NCBI GenBank assembly: GCA_902493915.1
Contig: CABUQY010000001.1
Coordinates: 1 to 63,862, forward strand
Length of the DNA stretch: 63,862 nt
Origin: an uncultured Collinsella sp.
GTDB taxonomy: Bacteria; Actinomycetota; Coriobacteriia; Coriobacteriales; Coriobacteriaceae
Direction: 5' to 3'
Below are positions 10,611 to 23,573 of this stretch, in pieces. The position numbers and the translations under genes are program-made. The notes below the pieces were generated by a model, which worked only from the letters and a program-made list of their open reading frames with translations, did no database searches and was not told where the DNA came from. How positions within the stretch are numbered: the stretch's first letter is position 1; each line of letters begins with the position of its first letter.

Positions 10611-12116
10611 ATGGCGAACAACCATACCGCGGGCGCTGCCGCCCGCACCTTCGCGCCCAGCGAGCTTTGCCAGCGCATGCTGGCCAAAACCAGCAAGGGC
10701 ACCTGCGGTCCCTGCATCCTGTATCTTGAGGATGGGACCATTTTTTATGGACGTGCATGCGGCGCCGAGGGCACCGCGACCGGCGAAGTCTGCTTCAACA
10801 CCTCGCTCGAGGGCTACTTTGAGGTCATGACCGACCCGAGTTATGCCGGCCAAATCGTAACCATGACCTATCCGCAGATCGGCAACTACGGTATCGACGA
10901 GACCGACGTCCAGTCGGCCTTCCCCGGCGACGCCGTGCGCCCTGCGAGCGCTCCGGCTATGCGCGGCATGATCGTTCGCGACATGTGCGCCACGCCTTCT
11001 AACTGGCGCTCGGCCGTCAGCGTGCCGGAGTACCTGCGTGCACACGGCATCGTCGCTATCGAGGGCGTCGACACCCGCGCCCTGGTGCGCCACCTGCGCG
11101 ACAACGGCTCCAAGATGGGCATTATCTCGACCGAGATCTTCGATGTCGACGAGCTTGCCGAGCGTCTGGCCGCAGCGCCCGCGCTGGTAGGCGAGAACCT
11201 GGTCAAGACCGTAAGTTGCCCCGCGCCTCACGAGTTTGCCGCCGTCGACCTGCCTGCCACGCATGACTTTGCGCTTTCGACTGCCGCTCCTGCCCGTCAC
11301 AAAGTGGTCGCCTACGACTGCGGTGTGAAGCGCGGCATTCTGGAGGGGCTGGTCCGCGCCGGCTGCGACCTTACCGTCGTGCCGTGGGACACGCCCGCGA
11401 GTGAGGTGCTCGACATGAATCCCGACGGCGTCTTTTTGTCCAATGGCCCCGGCGACCCCGACGCCGTGGTGGAGACCTACGAGCAGGTGCAGCAGCTGAT
11501 CGGCAAGGTGCCGGTCTTTGGCATTTGCCTGGGCCATCAGATGATCAGCCTGGCCTGCGGCGCCCAGATGGAAAAGCTTAAATTCGGTCACCGCGGTGGC
11601 AACCAGCCGGTCATGAACCTGGTAAGCCGTCGCGTGGAGATTACCGCGCAAAACCATGGCTTTGGCCTGCTGTTCCCCAGCCTGGGCAAGCTTGTCCCCG
11701 AGCTTTCCGGCGGCGAGACCGAGCATGCGGCCGATGGAGATCTGCGCGTCTGGGTGCGCCGCGGAATCGCGCCGGTCGTGATGAACGAGCGCTTTGGCCG
11801 CATTCGCCTAACACATGTGAACCTCAACGACGGCACCGCCGAGGGTATCCAGCTGCTCGACGCCCCGTGCTTCTCGGTCCAGTACCACCCCGAGGCCTCG
11901 CCTGGCCCCACCGATGCCCACTATCTCTTTACCGCCTTTACGCGACTCATGGACGGCGAGGAGAACTACCTGGACATCGACACCGCGAAGGACCGCCTTG
12001 CCGGCTGGAATTTTGCCGACGATGGTTCCGCCGTTCTACCGAACGGCGGACCGGTCGACGCTGCGGCTGCATCTGGCACATCATCTTGCCGCTCTGCTTC
12101 GGACGCGCGGGCATAA
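10611..12116 (+). CDS. carA: Carbamoyl-phosphate synthase small subunit
   Basis: GEVCFNT, TDPSYAGQI, SNGPGDP, GICLGHQ, QYHPEASPGP. Confidence 0.97.
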   Translation: MANNHTAGAAARTFAPSELCQRMLAKTSKGTCGPCILYLEDGTIFYGRACGAEGTATGEVCFNTSLEGYFEVMTDPSYAGQIVTMTYPQIGNYGIDETDVQSAFPGDAVRPASAPAMRGMIVRDMCATPSNWRSAVSVPEYLRAHGIVAIEGVDTRALVRHLRDNGSKMGIISTEIFDVDELAERLAAAPALVGENLVKTVSCPAPHEFAAVDLPATHDFALSTAAPARHKVVAYDCGVKRGILEGLVRAGCDLTVVPWDTPASEVLDMNPDGVFLSNGPGDPDAVVETYEQVQQLIGKVPVFGICLGHQMISLACGAQMEKLKFGHRGGNQPVMNLVSRRVEITAQNHGFGLLFPSLGKLVPELSGGETEHAADGDLRVWVRRGIAPVVMNERFGRIRLTHVNLNDGTAEGIQLLDAPCFSVQYHPEASPGPTDAHYLFTAFTRLMDGEENYLDIDTAKDRLAGWNFADDGSAVLPNGGPVDAAAASGTSSCRSASDARA

Positions 12117-12214
12117 GCCCAGCGCGCCCTCGCATCACGGCAACCTGATGCACCAGCTGCACCCTCGCTGACTTTTCCAAAACATTGAGTCAGCCTCTCT
12201 AGGAGGTTTTAAAC

Positions 12215-15529
<3,315 letters not shown>

Positions 15530-15541
15530 CGTGGGCTGTCC

Positions 15542-15632
15542 GGCCGGGGCGGGAGGGGCGGAGATTTCCCCCTTTCGCTCCGGCTGCAAGCAGAGTCGCT
15601 CAGGAGGAAACTCAGCCCCCTCCGCCCCGGCC
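15542..15632. repeat. Imperfect GC-rich palindrome after carB
   Basis: ggccggggcgggaggggcggagatttcc ... ggaaactcagccccctccgccccggcc. Confidence 0.7.
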
Positions 15633-15702
15633 TGCGGTGACTTGGCTGCACCGTGTGCTGCCGAAGGGGCTTTGTGCGATGACTAAGGCTAAATAGAAAA
15701 AG

Positions 15703-15746
15703 AGAGTGGGCCCTGCCGTTCGAACGAACGGCAGGGCCCACTCTTT
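15703..15746 (+). terminator. Intrinsic, probably bidirectional terminator
   Basis: agagtgggccctgccgttcg/cgaacggcagggcccactct, flanked by A and T runs. Confidence 0.8.
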
Positions 15747-15783
15747 GTATGGAGGCCTTTTTACTGTTAGTCGAGGACGCCTC

Positions 15784-15986
15784 TGGACAGTTAGTTCAAA
15801 TTCGTATTTATTAGAGAGTAGGAGAAGGCTGATTTGGACTCATTCGGCTTATTATTAGCAATCTGAATCGATAAAGACGCTCTGTCAAGCTGGGAACGGC
15901 CCAATACTGGGTCCGCGCCGGCTTCCAAGCGGCAGTTTCGTGCCCAAGGCCACGGCCAAATTATACGTATCTGAACTAACTGCCCA
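15784..15986. mobile_element. MITE-like module, family A, solo copy (203 bp)
   Basis: TIRs tggacagttagttcaaattcgtattt / ttatacgtatctgaactaactgccca, matching those at 40267-40470 and 41795-41996. Confidence 0.8.
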
Positions 15987-16072
15987 TCACTCTCCGTCAA
16001 CCTTTTTATCCAAACCAAATCAGTCAACGTACGTCATGGCAATATCCGGTAGGTCGCAGGGTGGCGGTTGAG

Positions 16073-16118
16073 CCTTTCTCTCGGGAAACTTCGCGAAGCC
16101 CAGTTCCCGAGAGAAAGG
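16073..16118. repeat. Inverted repeat (hairpin)
   Basis: cctttctctcgggaa ... ttcccgagagaaagg, perfect 15-bp arms. Confidence 0.7.
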
Positions 16119-16301
16119 TACGGTCTGTGTAATACCAGATAAACAGTACATTTTTGCTTAATTGGTATTTGACTGAAGAACCAATTGGTATGGCTTATTT
16201 AGCCCACCTTGCCATTGACGCTCATTTTAATACCACTGGGAGAATTACGAACTTGGTTGCGCAACTGCTCCCGTATGCTGATTCAACCTAATAGGCGGAT
16301 A

Positions 16302-16317
16302 TCTGGTTACTACCAGT
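16302..16317. promoter_or_regulatory. GntR/HutC-family (NagR/DasR-like) operator candidate
   Basis: TCTGGTTACTACCAGT has TGGT-N4-ACCA dyad spacing; further TGGTA/TACCA half sites at 16130-16240; lies upstream of an amino-sugar glycosidase. Confidence 0.45.
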
Positions 16318-16442
16318 TGACCCCTTGGTAACGGGTGGGCCCACTGCGCGGAATGTACCGAACACCCGCCGTTTGATGCGTTCGCCCATGCTGCAGGGCG
16401 TGCGTCCGCGACGCTTCCGCATGTCGGAGGGAAGGAGTCCAG

Positions 16443-19400
16443 GTGCGTAGGAATTCCATTTTTACGAAACGGTGGGTGAAGGGAAGCGCGGTCCTCGTCG
16501 CCACTGCGGCGACGCTCGTGTTTGCCAATCCCCAGCAGGCGATTGCCACGCCACTCAAGGGCGTCGACTCAGCGACCGTGTCTCAGTCCGCCTCGAACGT
16601 CGTCGACATCGATTTCGCTGATGGCATCAAGGGCCGTATTACGTTCCTCGAGGACGGTATTTTCCGTTATAACGTCGACCCCAAGGGTGAGTTTTCCGAG
16701 TACGCCACGCCGCGCAGTAAGTCCCACACGGCTAAGATCCAGGCTCAGCCCGATACCTCGGACACCTACAGCAAGCCGAGTGCGACGGTTGCCGACAAGG
16801 GCGACGCTATCGAGATCACCGGCGGAAAGGCGACCGTGATCCTGGACAAGGCAACTGGCAAGATGAGTATCAAGTCAGGCGACCGTGGCGTGGTTTCTGA
16901 GTCCGCGCCCCTCGACCTTGATAAGAAGGGTACCGTCCAGACGCTCGCCAAGGAGAAGTCCGAGAACTTCTTCGGCGGCGGCACCCAGAACGGCCGCTTC
17001 CTGCACACCAACCAGACCATCGCCATCTCCAACACTAACAACTGGACCGATGGCGGCGTTGCCTCGCCCAACCCGTTCTATTGGACGAGCGACGGCTACG
17101 GCGTGCTCCGAAACACGTTTGCAGAGGGTTCCTACGACTTCGGTTCCACGGACTCATCGACGGTCACGACTTTGCACAGCGAGAATGAGTTTGATGCCTA
17201 TTACTTCGTGGCGACCAACGAGGGCGCTTCGAACGTGGCAACCGAGATGCTGCAGGACTACTACAAGGTGACCGGTAACCCGGTGCTGTTGCCCGAGTAC
17301 GGTTTCTACTTGGGTCATCTTAATGCCTATAATCGTGATGGCTGGTCAACGACCTCGGGTCAAAAGAAGTGGGAGACCAAGGGCAGCAAGCCCTCGAGCG
17401 AGAAGGGCGACGTTAAGTACGAATCTGGCATGTCGACGGGCTACAAGCTCGACGGCACACTTGCGGCCGAGACGCTCAATGGTGAGGGTCCTACGGTCGA
17501 TACCGAGAACATGAAGGCGACCGATTTCGACCGTCAGTTCTCTGCTCGGCAGGTTATCGATGACTACGAGGACAACGACATGCCGCTCGGCTGGTTCCTG
17601 CCGAACGACGGCTACGGCGCCGGCTATGGCCAGAACGGTTACTACAAGACCGGCGGCGTCAACTCCGACGGAACGAGCTCGGCTGACCGTCTTAACGCCG
17701 TGCGTGCCAATGTCGACAACCTTAAGAAGTTCACCGAGTATGCCAACTCCAAGGGTGTGAGCACGGGCTTGTGGACCCAGTCCAACCTTGAGCCCGACAG
17801 CAACTCCGAGACCCCGTGGCACCTGCTTCGCGACTTCGACGCCGAGGTCAAGACGGGAGGCATCTCTACCCTTAAGACCGACGTCGCCTGGGTTGGATCT
17901 GGCTACTCCTTTGGTCTTAATGGCATCAAGACAGCTTATGACACGGTGACGACCGGCGCCAACAAGCGCCCCAACATCATCACGCTCGATGGTTGGGCCG
18001 GCACGCAGCGCTTTGGCGGCATTTGGACCGGCGACCAGTATGGCGGTAACTGGGAGTACATTCGCTTCCATATCCCCACGTATATCGGTCAGAGTCTTTC
18101 GGGCAACCCCAACATCGGCTCAGACATGGACGGCATCTTTGGCGGCGACCCCATCATCTCTGCGCGTGACTACCAGTGGAAGACGTTCACGCCCTCTATG
18201 CTCGACATGGACGGTTGGGGCACCTTCCGCAAATCGCCCATGACGCACGGCGATCCCTACACGGGCATCTCGCGTTTCTACCTCAAGCTCAAGGCGCAGC
18301 TTATGCCCTATATCTACACGGCCGCGGCCTCGGCGGCCAACATCGACACGGGTAATGGTGATGCCGGCCTGCCCATGATCCGCGCCATGCTGCTTTCTGA
18401 CAACTCCGAGTACGCCGCAAGCACTTCGACGCAGTACCAGTATATGTTCGGTGAGAACTTCCTAGTGGCACCGGTGTATCAGGATACCCAGGCAGATGAG
18501 AACGGCAACGACATTCGCAATGGGATCTACCTCCCCAACTACGGCACCGACGAGAATCCCACCATCTGGATCGACTACTTCTCGGGTAAGCAGTATCGCG
18601 GCGGCCAGGTTCTCAACAACTACGAGGCTCCGCTTTGGAAGCTGCCACTGTTTGTGAAGGCCAACGCTATCGTGCCGATGTACGCCGAGAACAACAACCC
18701 CGAGGCAGTGAGCGACACCAACACCAAGGGTACCGACCGCAGTCAGCGTATCGTCGAGTTCTTCGCCACCGAGGGCGACGGCACCTTTACGCAGTACGAG
18801 GACGACGGCTCCTCCATCGAAAACAACACGACTGAGGACGATTCCTACGGCACGATCGACAATATCTCCTACGGGAAGCATGTGAGCACCGTCTACAGCT
18901 CCAAGGCCGCAGGCGGCACCGCGACCTTTACCGCCGAGGCCTCGCAGGGTGGCTACAACGGCTACGACTCCAACCGCACCACGACCTTCGTGGCCAACGT
19001 GTCCGCCAAGCCCACGAACATTGTCGCCAAGAACGGCGGATCCGCACTCAACGTGGTTGAGGTCGACTCGCAGGAGACCTTTGACGCCGCGACCCCCGAG
19101 GCCGGCCAGGCGGTCTACTTTTACAGCAAGACTCCCAACCTCAACCACTACGGCAGCGATGCGGACGGCACCGAGGCCGAGCAGGGCGAGAGCTTCAACA
19201 ACACCAAGATCACCACGAACCCCAAGGTCTACGTCAAGTTCGCGAAGACCGATGTTGCTGCAGCGGCGCAGACGCTCGAGCTGGGCGGTTTCGTGAGCGC
19301 CGACGCCACGCTCACAGCCGATCGCCTCAACGAGAACCTTTCCGCACCCACGAACCTTGCCGCCCCCGAGGACGTCACGACCCCAACGAGCATCAAGCTC

Positions 19401-22400
19401 ACCTGGGGAAAGGTCGATGGTGCTACCTCCTACGACCTTAAGGTCGACGGCACTGTGTTCGCCGTGGGTGATGCGGCCGAGTTCACGCACACCGACCTCG
19501 CCTACAATAGCAAGCACACCTACCAGATTCGTTCGCGCAACGCCGCGGGTTACTCCGCCTGGAGCGATGTGCTCGAGGCGAACTCCGCACTCGATCCGTG
19601 GCGGAACGTCCCCGACGCCGAGGAAATCACCTGGGAGGGCTCACTTTACGGCAGCCATAAGGCCGAGCTCGCCTTCGACCATGAGTTCCAGTCGGGCGAC
19701 GGCGGTTTCCACTCCGGCGGCAACGATCTGGGCAAGGCGCTTACCGTTGACTATGGACGCGCTTACAAGCTCGATAAGCTCGAGTACTATCCGCGCGATG
19801 ACGCCGGCAACGGCACTGTGACCAAGATGCGTGTTGAGACGAGTCTCGATGGTGTCCACTGGACGAGCCGGGAGGTCGATTGGGCACGTTCCGCTGATTG
19901 TAAGACGGTAGCGTTTGACGGCACCGTGGCCGCCCGTTACGTGCGCATGACACCGCTCGCCTCGGTCGGCAATTTCTTCTCCGCGTCCGAGATTGCCATC
20001 TACAAGACCGACGGCACGGATGGCTTCGCCGTGGGCTCCAACCTTAACAAGGCCACGATCTCCGACGGAGACTACTCCAACATGAAGAACTATCTGGGCC
20101 TCGAGAATCGCGAGCCCGATACCCCGACGTTCGGCTCGCAGATCCGCGACCACTTCGCCGACCTCAACGATAACGGCGTTTACGACGTCTACGATTACTC
20201 GTTCACCATGGCGGGTCTTGACGGCGGCACTAAACAAAAGGGCAAGGTCGCAGGTTCGCTCGCGGTGATTCCGAGCAAGACCGAGGTCGAGGCTGGTGAT
20301 GAGATCACCGTTGATGTCTATGCGGCCGACGCCAAGAACGTCAATGCCCTGGGCGCTCTCGTCAACTTCAAGAGCGACCAGTTCGAGTTTGTTTCTGAGA
20401 GCATCGCGCAGGACGGCTCGACTGCCGGCATGGAGAACCTGTCTCGCGAGAAGGTCCAGTTCGCGGACAGAACGCAGACTATTAATCTCGCCTTTGCCAA
20501 CCGCGGCGATGGCAAGCTCTACAACGGTACCGGCGCGGTGGCGAGTTTCAAGCTCAAGGCCAAGACCGCTGGCAAGGTCGAATTGCCCTCGACATCTTGG
20601 CTCATCGGTCCGGCATGCGACGCACTTGAGTTTGCGAGCGACGGCACGGTGACGATGCCGGATATTCCTCAGCCAACGGTCGCCGAGTACGGTCAGGATA
20701 CCTTCAACATCACGATGACCAACGATGAGCTCACGACCGACGACGGGACCAACGTCGAGAAACTTATCCAGCAGAAGAGCTATAACGCGCTGTTCGATAA
20801 TAACGAGGGCGACAACGGCTTTGAGTTCCTATGGAACTGGAACGCCAACTGGGACAGCGAGGGTAAGCTTCCGAGTTACGTGAAGCTTCCCACCACGATG
20901 ACATTCGCATTTAAGACGCCGTCGAAACTCGATAGCGTCGAGGTCGTTAACCGCAACGGTGGCAACGGAACCGTGCAGAAGATCAAGGCCGTCGTGACGT
21001 TCGAGGATGGCTCGACCCAAGAGTTCGCGGGCGGGGAGTACGATTCCTTCCGGGCTCGCTACGCCTTTGGCCTCTCTGCCGAGAACAAGGGCAAGAAGGC
21101 GACCAAGGTCGAGGTCACGCCGCTTGAGGCATCGGGTGACCAGATGCTCACACTGCGTGAGGTCAACTTCAACTACACGCAGGGTGTCGAGGCCATCGAG
21201 GGTGTCGAGCTAGGCAAGAACCAGACCGAGTTCTTTGAAGGCGACGTTACGCTCGTCGACGCCAAGGCCACGCCTGAGAGCGCCGGCTACCCCTATGTGA
21301 CGGTCGAGAGCTCCGACCCCTCTGTGGTAAGCGTCTCCGCTGTTCAGGCTGGCGATAGCGTGAGTTACTACCTGCGTGCCAACAAGGCCGGCAAGGCAAC
21401 GATCACGGTGGCGTCGGTACTCGACCCCTCCAAGACCGTATCCTATGAGGTCGAGGTCAAGGCTGGTGTCGATACCTCTGCGCTCGTGGCAGCGCTTTCC
21501 AAGGCCGCGGGCTACAGCGAGTCCGTCTACACCAAGGATTCCTACGCAGCTCTCACCACTGCGGTCGAGGCGGCTCAGAAGCTCCTCGACAGCGGCCAGG
21601 GCAGCTATAGCAAGAAGGATGTCGCAGACGCCACAGCCAAGATCGAGAAGGCCATCGACGGCCTCAAGATGCGCCCTGTCGATGAGAAGATCCTCATCAA
21701 CACGCCCGAGAACCGCAAGAACGTCAAGGTGGCCGGCTTCTCGAGCGAGGCCGACTACGAGGGCAACACCGCCGTCAACGCTCTCGACGGCGACGAGCGG
21801 ACGCTCTGGCACAGCGACTGGGCCCATGGGACCGGTATGCCCCAGTATCTGAGTGTCGACCTGGGCCGCGACTACGATCTCACCGACGTCACGTTCCTGC
21901 CGCGCCAGGACGGCGGCACTAACGGTGATATCTTCGAGGCCGAGATACTGGTCTCCGACACTGCCGACGGCTATGAGATGGGCACCGCCGCGTCGATGGG
22001 TACGTTTGCCTTCGACAACGACGGCCGCGTGCTCACCGACCGTGGCGACTGGAAACAGATGAGCTTTGGCGCCGCGCGCGGTCGCTACGTGACCGTCAAG
22101 GTGATTCACGCCGGCGGTGGCAACGTCGATGCCTACTGCAGCATGGCGGAGCTCAAGTTCTACGGTACGGCCGTCCCCGATCCGGTGGCGAAGGATGATC
22201 TCGCTGCCGCGATCGAAAAGGTTGATGCCGAGGTTGCTGCCGGCGACCTCAAGGCCGGTGACTACACCGAGGCCTCCTGGACGGCGCTCGAGAACGCCCT
22301 GGCGAGCGCCCGCGCCATCTTGAGCGATGAGGACGCCACGCAGGACGAGGTCGACCAGGCGCTCAGGGCGCTCGAGAGCGCCCGCGGCGCGCTCGAGAAG

Positions 22401-22856
22401 ACCCCGGTGGTCCCGGTCGAGAATCCGACTAAGAAGCAGCTCAAGGCCCTGGTCAAGCAGGCGAAGGAGACTGACACCAGGGGCAAGACGGACGAGTCTG
22501 TTAAGGCCCTGACGGATGCCATTACCTACGCCGAGGACGTCTTGGGTGATGAGAATGCTTCCGACACCCAGCTCCAGGCGGCCTATGACCAGCTCAAGCT
22601 GGCCATTGAGAGCCTCAAGGATGCCGACTCCGGCAATCAGGGCGGCTCGGGCAACCAGGGTTCCGGCAATGGCTCGAACGGCGGCAACCAGGCGGGCAAG
22701 CCCGCAGGCGACAAGCCCCAGGGCAGCAAGAAGAACGGTTCGGCGATCCCCAATACCGGCGACCAGACGGCGGCGACCGTCGTGACCGTCGGTGGTCTTG
22801 GCGCCATCATCGCCGCGATCGGTGCTTTCTTCCATCGTCGCAGCAAGGCTAAGTAG
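16443..22856 (+). CDS. Cell-wall-anchored multimodular GH31 glycosidase (Nag31-like alpha-N-acetylgalactosaminidase)
   Basis: Signal peptide; GWFLPNDGYG, KTDVAWVG and WTGDQ motifs; FN3, F5/8-CBM32-like, dockerin-like and cohesin-like, Ig-like and FIVAR-like modules; IPNTG followed by a TM helix and basic tail. Confidence 0.85.
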   Translation: MRRNSIFTKRWVKGSAVLVATAATLVFANPQQAIATPLKGVDSATVSQSASNVVDIDFADGIKGRITFLEDGIFRYNVDPKGEFSEYATPRSKSHTAKIQAQPDTSDTYSKPSATVADKGDAIEITGGKATVILDKATGKMSIKSGDRGVVSESAPLDLDKKGTVQTLAKEKSENFFGGGTQNGRFLHTNQTIAISNTNNWTDGGVASPNPFYWTSDGYGVLRNTFAEGSYDFGSTDSSTVTTLHSENEFDAYYFVATNEGASNVATEMLQDYYKVTGNPVLLPEYGFYLGHLNAYNRDGWSTTSGQKKWETKGSKPSSEKGDVKYESGMSTGYKLDGTLAAETLNGEGPTVDTENMKATDFDRQFSARQVIDDYEDNDMPLGWFLPNDGYGAGYGQNGYYKTGGVNSDGTSSADRLNAVRANVDNLKKFTEYANSKGVSTGLWTQSNLEPDSNSETPWHLLRDFDAEVKTGGISTLKTDVAWVGSGYSFGLNGIKTAYDTVTTGANKRPNIITLDGWAGTQRFGGIWTGDQYGGNWEYIRFHIPTYIGQSLSGNPNIGSDMDGIFGGDPIISARDYQWKTFTPSMLDMDGWGTFRKSPMTHGDPYTGISRFYLKLKAQLMPYIYTAAASAANIDTGNGDAGLPMIRAMLLSDNSEYAASTSTQYQYMFGENFLVAPVYQDTQADENGNDIRNGIYLPNYGTDENPTIWIDYFSGKQYRGGQVLNNYEAPLWKLPLFVKANAIVPMYAENNNPEAVSDTNTKGTDRSQRIVEFFATEGDGTFTQYEDDGSSIENNTTEDDSYGTIDNISYGKHVSTVYSSKAAGGTATFTAEASQGGYNGYDSNRTTTFVANVSAKPTNIVAKNGGSALNVVEVDSQETFDAATPEAGQAVYFYSKTPNLNHYGSDADGTEAEQGESFNNTKITTNPKVYVKFAKTDVAAAAQTLELGGFVSADATLTADRLNENLSAPTNLAAPEDVTTPTSIKLTWGKVDGATSYDLKVDGTVFAVGDAAEFTHTDLAYNSKHTYQIRSRNAAGYSAWSDVLEANSALDPWRNVPDAEEITWEGSLYGSHKAELAFDHEFQSGDGGFHSGGNDLGKALTVDYGRAYKLDKLEYYPRDDAGNGTVTKMRVETSLDGVHWTSREVDWARSADCKTVAFDGTVAARYVRMTPLASVGNFFSASEIAIYKTDGTDGFAVGSNLNKATISDGDYSNMKNYLGLENREPDTPTFGSQIRDHFADLNDNGVYDVYDYSFTMAGLDGGTKQKGKVAGSLAVIPSKTEVEAGDEITVDVYAADAKNVNALGALVNFKSDQFEFVSESIAQDGSTAGMENLSREKVQFADRTQTINLAFANRGDGKLYNGTGAVASFKLKAKTAGKVELPSTSWLIGPACDALEFASDGTVTMPDIPQPTVAEYGQDTFNITMTNDELTTDDGTNVEKLIQQKSYNALFDNNEGDNGFEFLWNWNANWDSEGKLPSYVKLPTTMTFAFKTPSKLDSVEVVNRNGGNGTVQKIKAVVTFEDGSTQEFAGGEYDSFRARYAFGLSAENKGKKATKVEVTPLEASGDQMLTLREVNFNYTQGVEAIEGVELGKNQTEFFEGDVTLVDAKATPESAGYPYVTVESSDPSVVSVSAVQAGDSVSYYLRANKAGKATITVASVLDPSKTVSYEVEVKAGVDTSALVAALSKAAGYSESVYTKDSYAALTTAVEAAQKLLDSGQGSYSKKDVADATAKIEKAIDGLKMRPVDEKILINTPENRKNVKVAGFSSEADYEGNTAVNALDGDERTLWHSDWAHGTGMPQYLSVDLGRDYDLTDVTFLPRQDGGTNGDIFEAEILVSDTADGYEMGTAASMGTFAFDNDGRVLTDRGDWKQMSFGAARGRYVTVKVIHAGGGNVDAYCSMAELKFYGTAVPDPVAKDDLAAAIEKVDAEVAAGDLKAGDYTEASWTALENALASARAILSDEDATQDEVDQALRALESARGALEKTPVVPVENPTKKQLKALVKQAKETDTRGKTDESVKALTDAITYAEDVLGDENASDTQLQAAYDQLKLAIESLKDADSGNQGGSGNQGSGNGSNGGNQAGKPAGDKPQGSKKNGSAIPNTGDQTAATVVTVGGLGAIIAAIGAFFHRRSKAK

Positions 22857-22873
22857 CCCCAGCAGCAGCTAAG

Positions 22874-22918
22874 CAAGCGTGCCCGCCGTCCCACCCAAGG
22901 ACGGTGGGCATGCTTTTT
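22874..22918 (+). terminator. Intrinsic terminator after the GH31 gene
   Basis: aagcgtgcccgccgtcc...ggacggtgggcatgctt followed by T run. Confidence 0.8.
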
Positions 22919-23073
22919 GAATGTAGGCGGAAAGCTCCGACCCTTCGGCCTTAATCTCGCAAAGCATTCCGTCTCTCACCGAACACATCGGCATCGGTGG
23001 CTATACTTGAATTATTTGAAGTTAAGGGTCGCGGATCCGCCGCGTCGCCGCTCTCAACAGGAGGTCTTTGTTT

Positions 23074-23538
23074 ATGGCAGATCAGAAGCCGGTTGTCGGG
23101 ATCATCATGGGTTCCAAGTCCGATCTGGGCGTTATGGAAGGCTGCACCGCCGAGCTCGAGGCGCTGGGCGTGCCCTATGAGCTTGTCATTGCGAGCGCAC
23201 ACCGCACACCGGCGAAGGTCCACGAGTGGGCTTCGACTGCCGCCGATCGCGGTATCAAAGTGATTATCGCCGCCGCCGGCAAGGCCGCTCACCTGGGTGG
23301 TGTCGTGGCTGCCTTTACGCCGCTGCCGGTCATCGGCGTGCCTATGAAGACGAGTGACCTGGGCGGCATGGATTCGCTGCTGTCGATGGTGCAGATGCCT
23401 TCGGGCGTGCCCGTGGCCTGCGTTGCCATCAACGGCGCCAAGAACGCCGCCATCTACGCCACGCAGATTCTGGGCGCTTGCGACCCCGAGTACCGCAAGG
23501 TTATCGAGAAGATGAAGCAGGAGATGGCTGACGCCTAG
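23074..23538 (+). CDS. purE: N5-carboxyaminoimidazole ribonucleotide mutase
   Basis: IIMGSKSD, SAHRTP, AGKAAHLGG, SMVQMPSGVPV. Confidence 0.97.
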   Translation: MADQKPVVGIIMGSKSDLGVMEGCTAELEALGVPYELVIASAHRTPAKVHEWASTAADRGIKVIIAAAGKAAHLGGVVAAFTPLPVIGVPMKTSDLGGMDSLLSMVQMPSGVPVACVAINGAKNAAIYATQILGACDPEYRKVIEKMKQEMADA

Positions 23539-23573
23539 GCGTTCCGCCGTTTCGCCGCAGTATAAGGAGAGCC

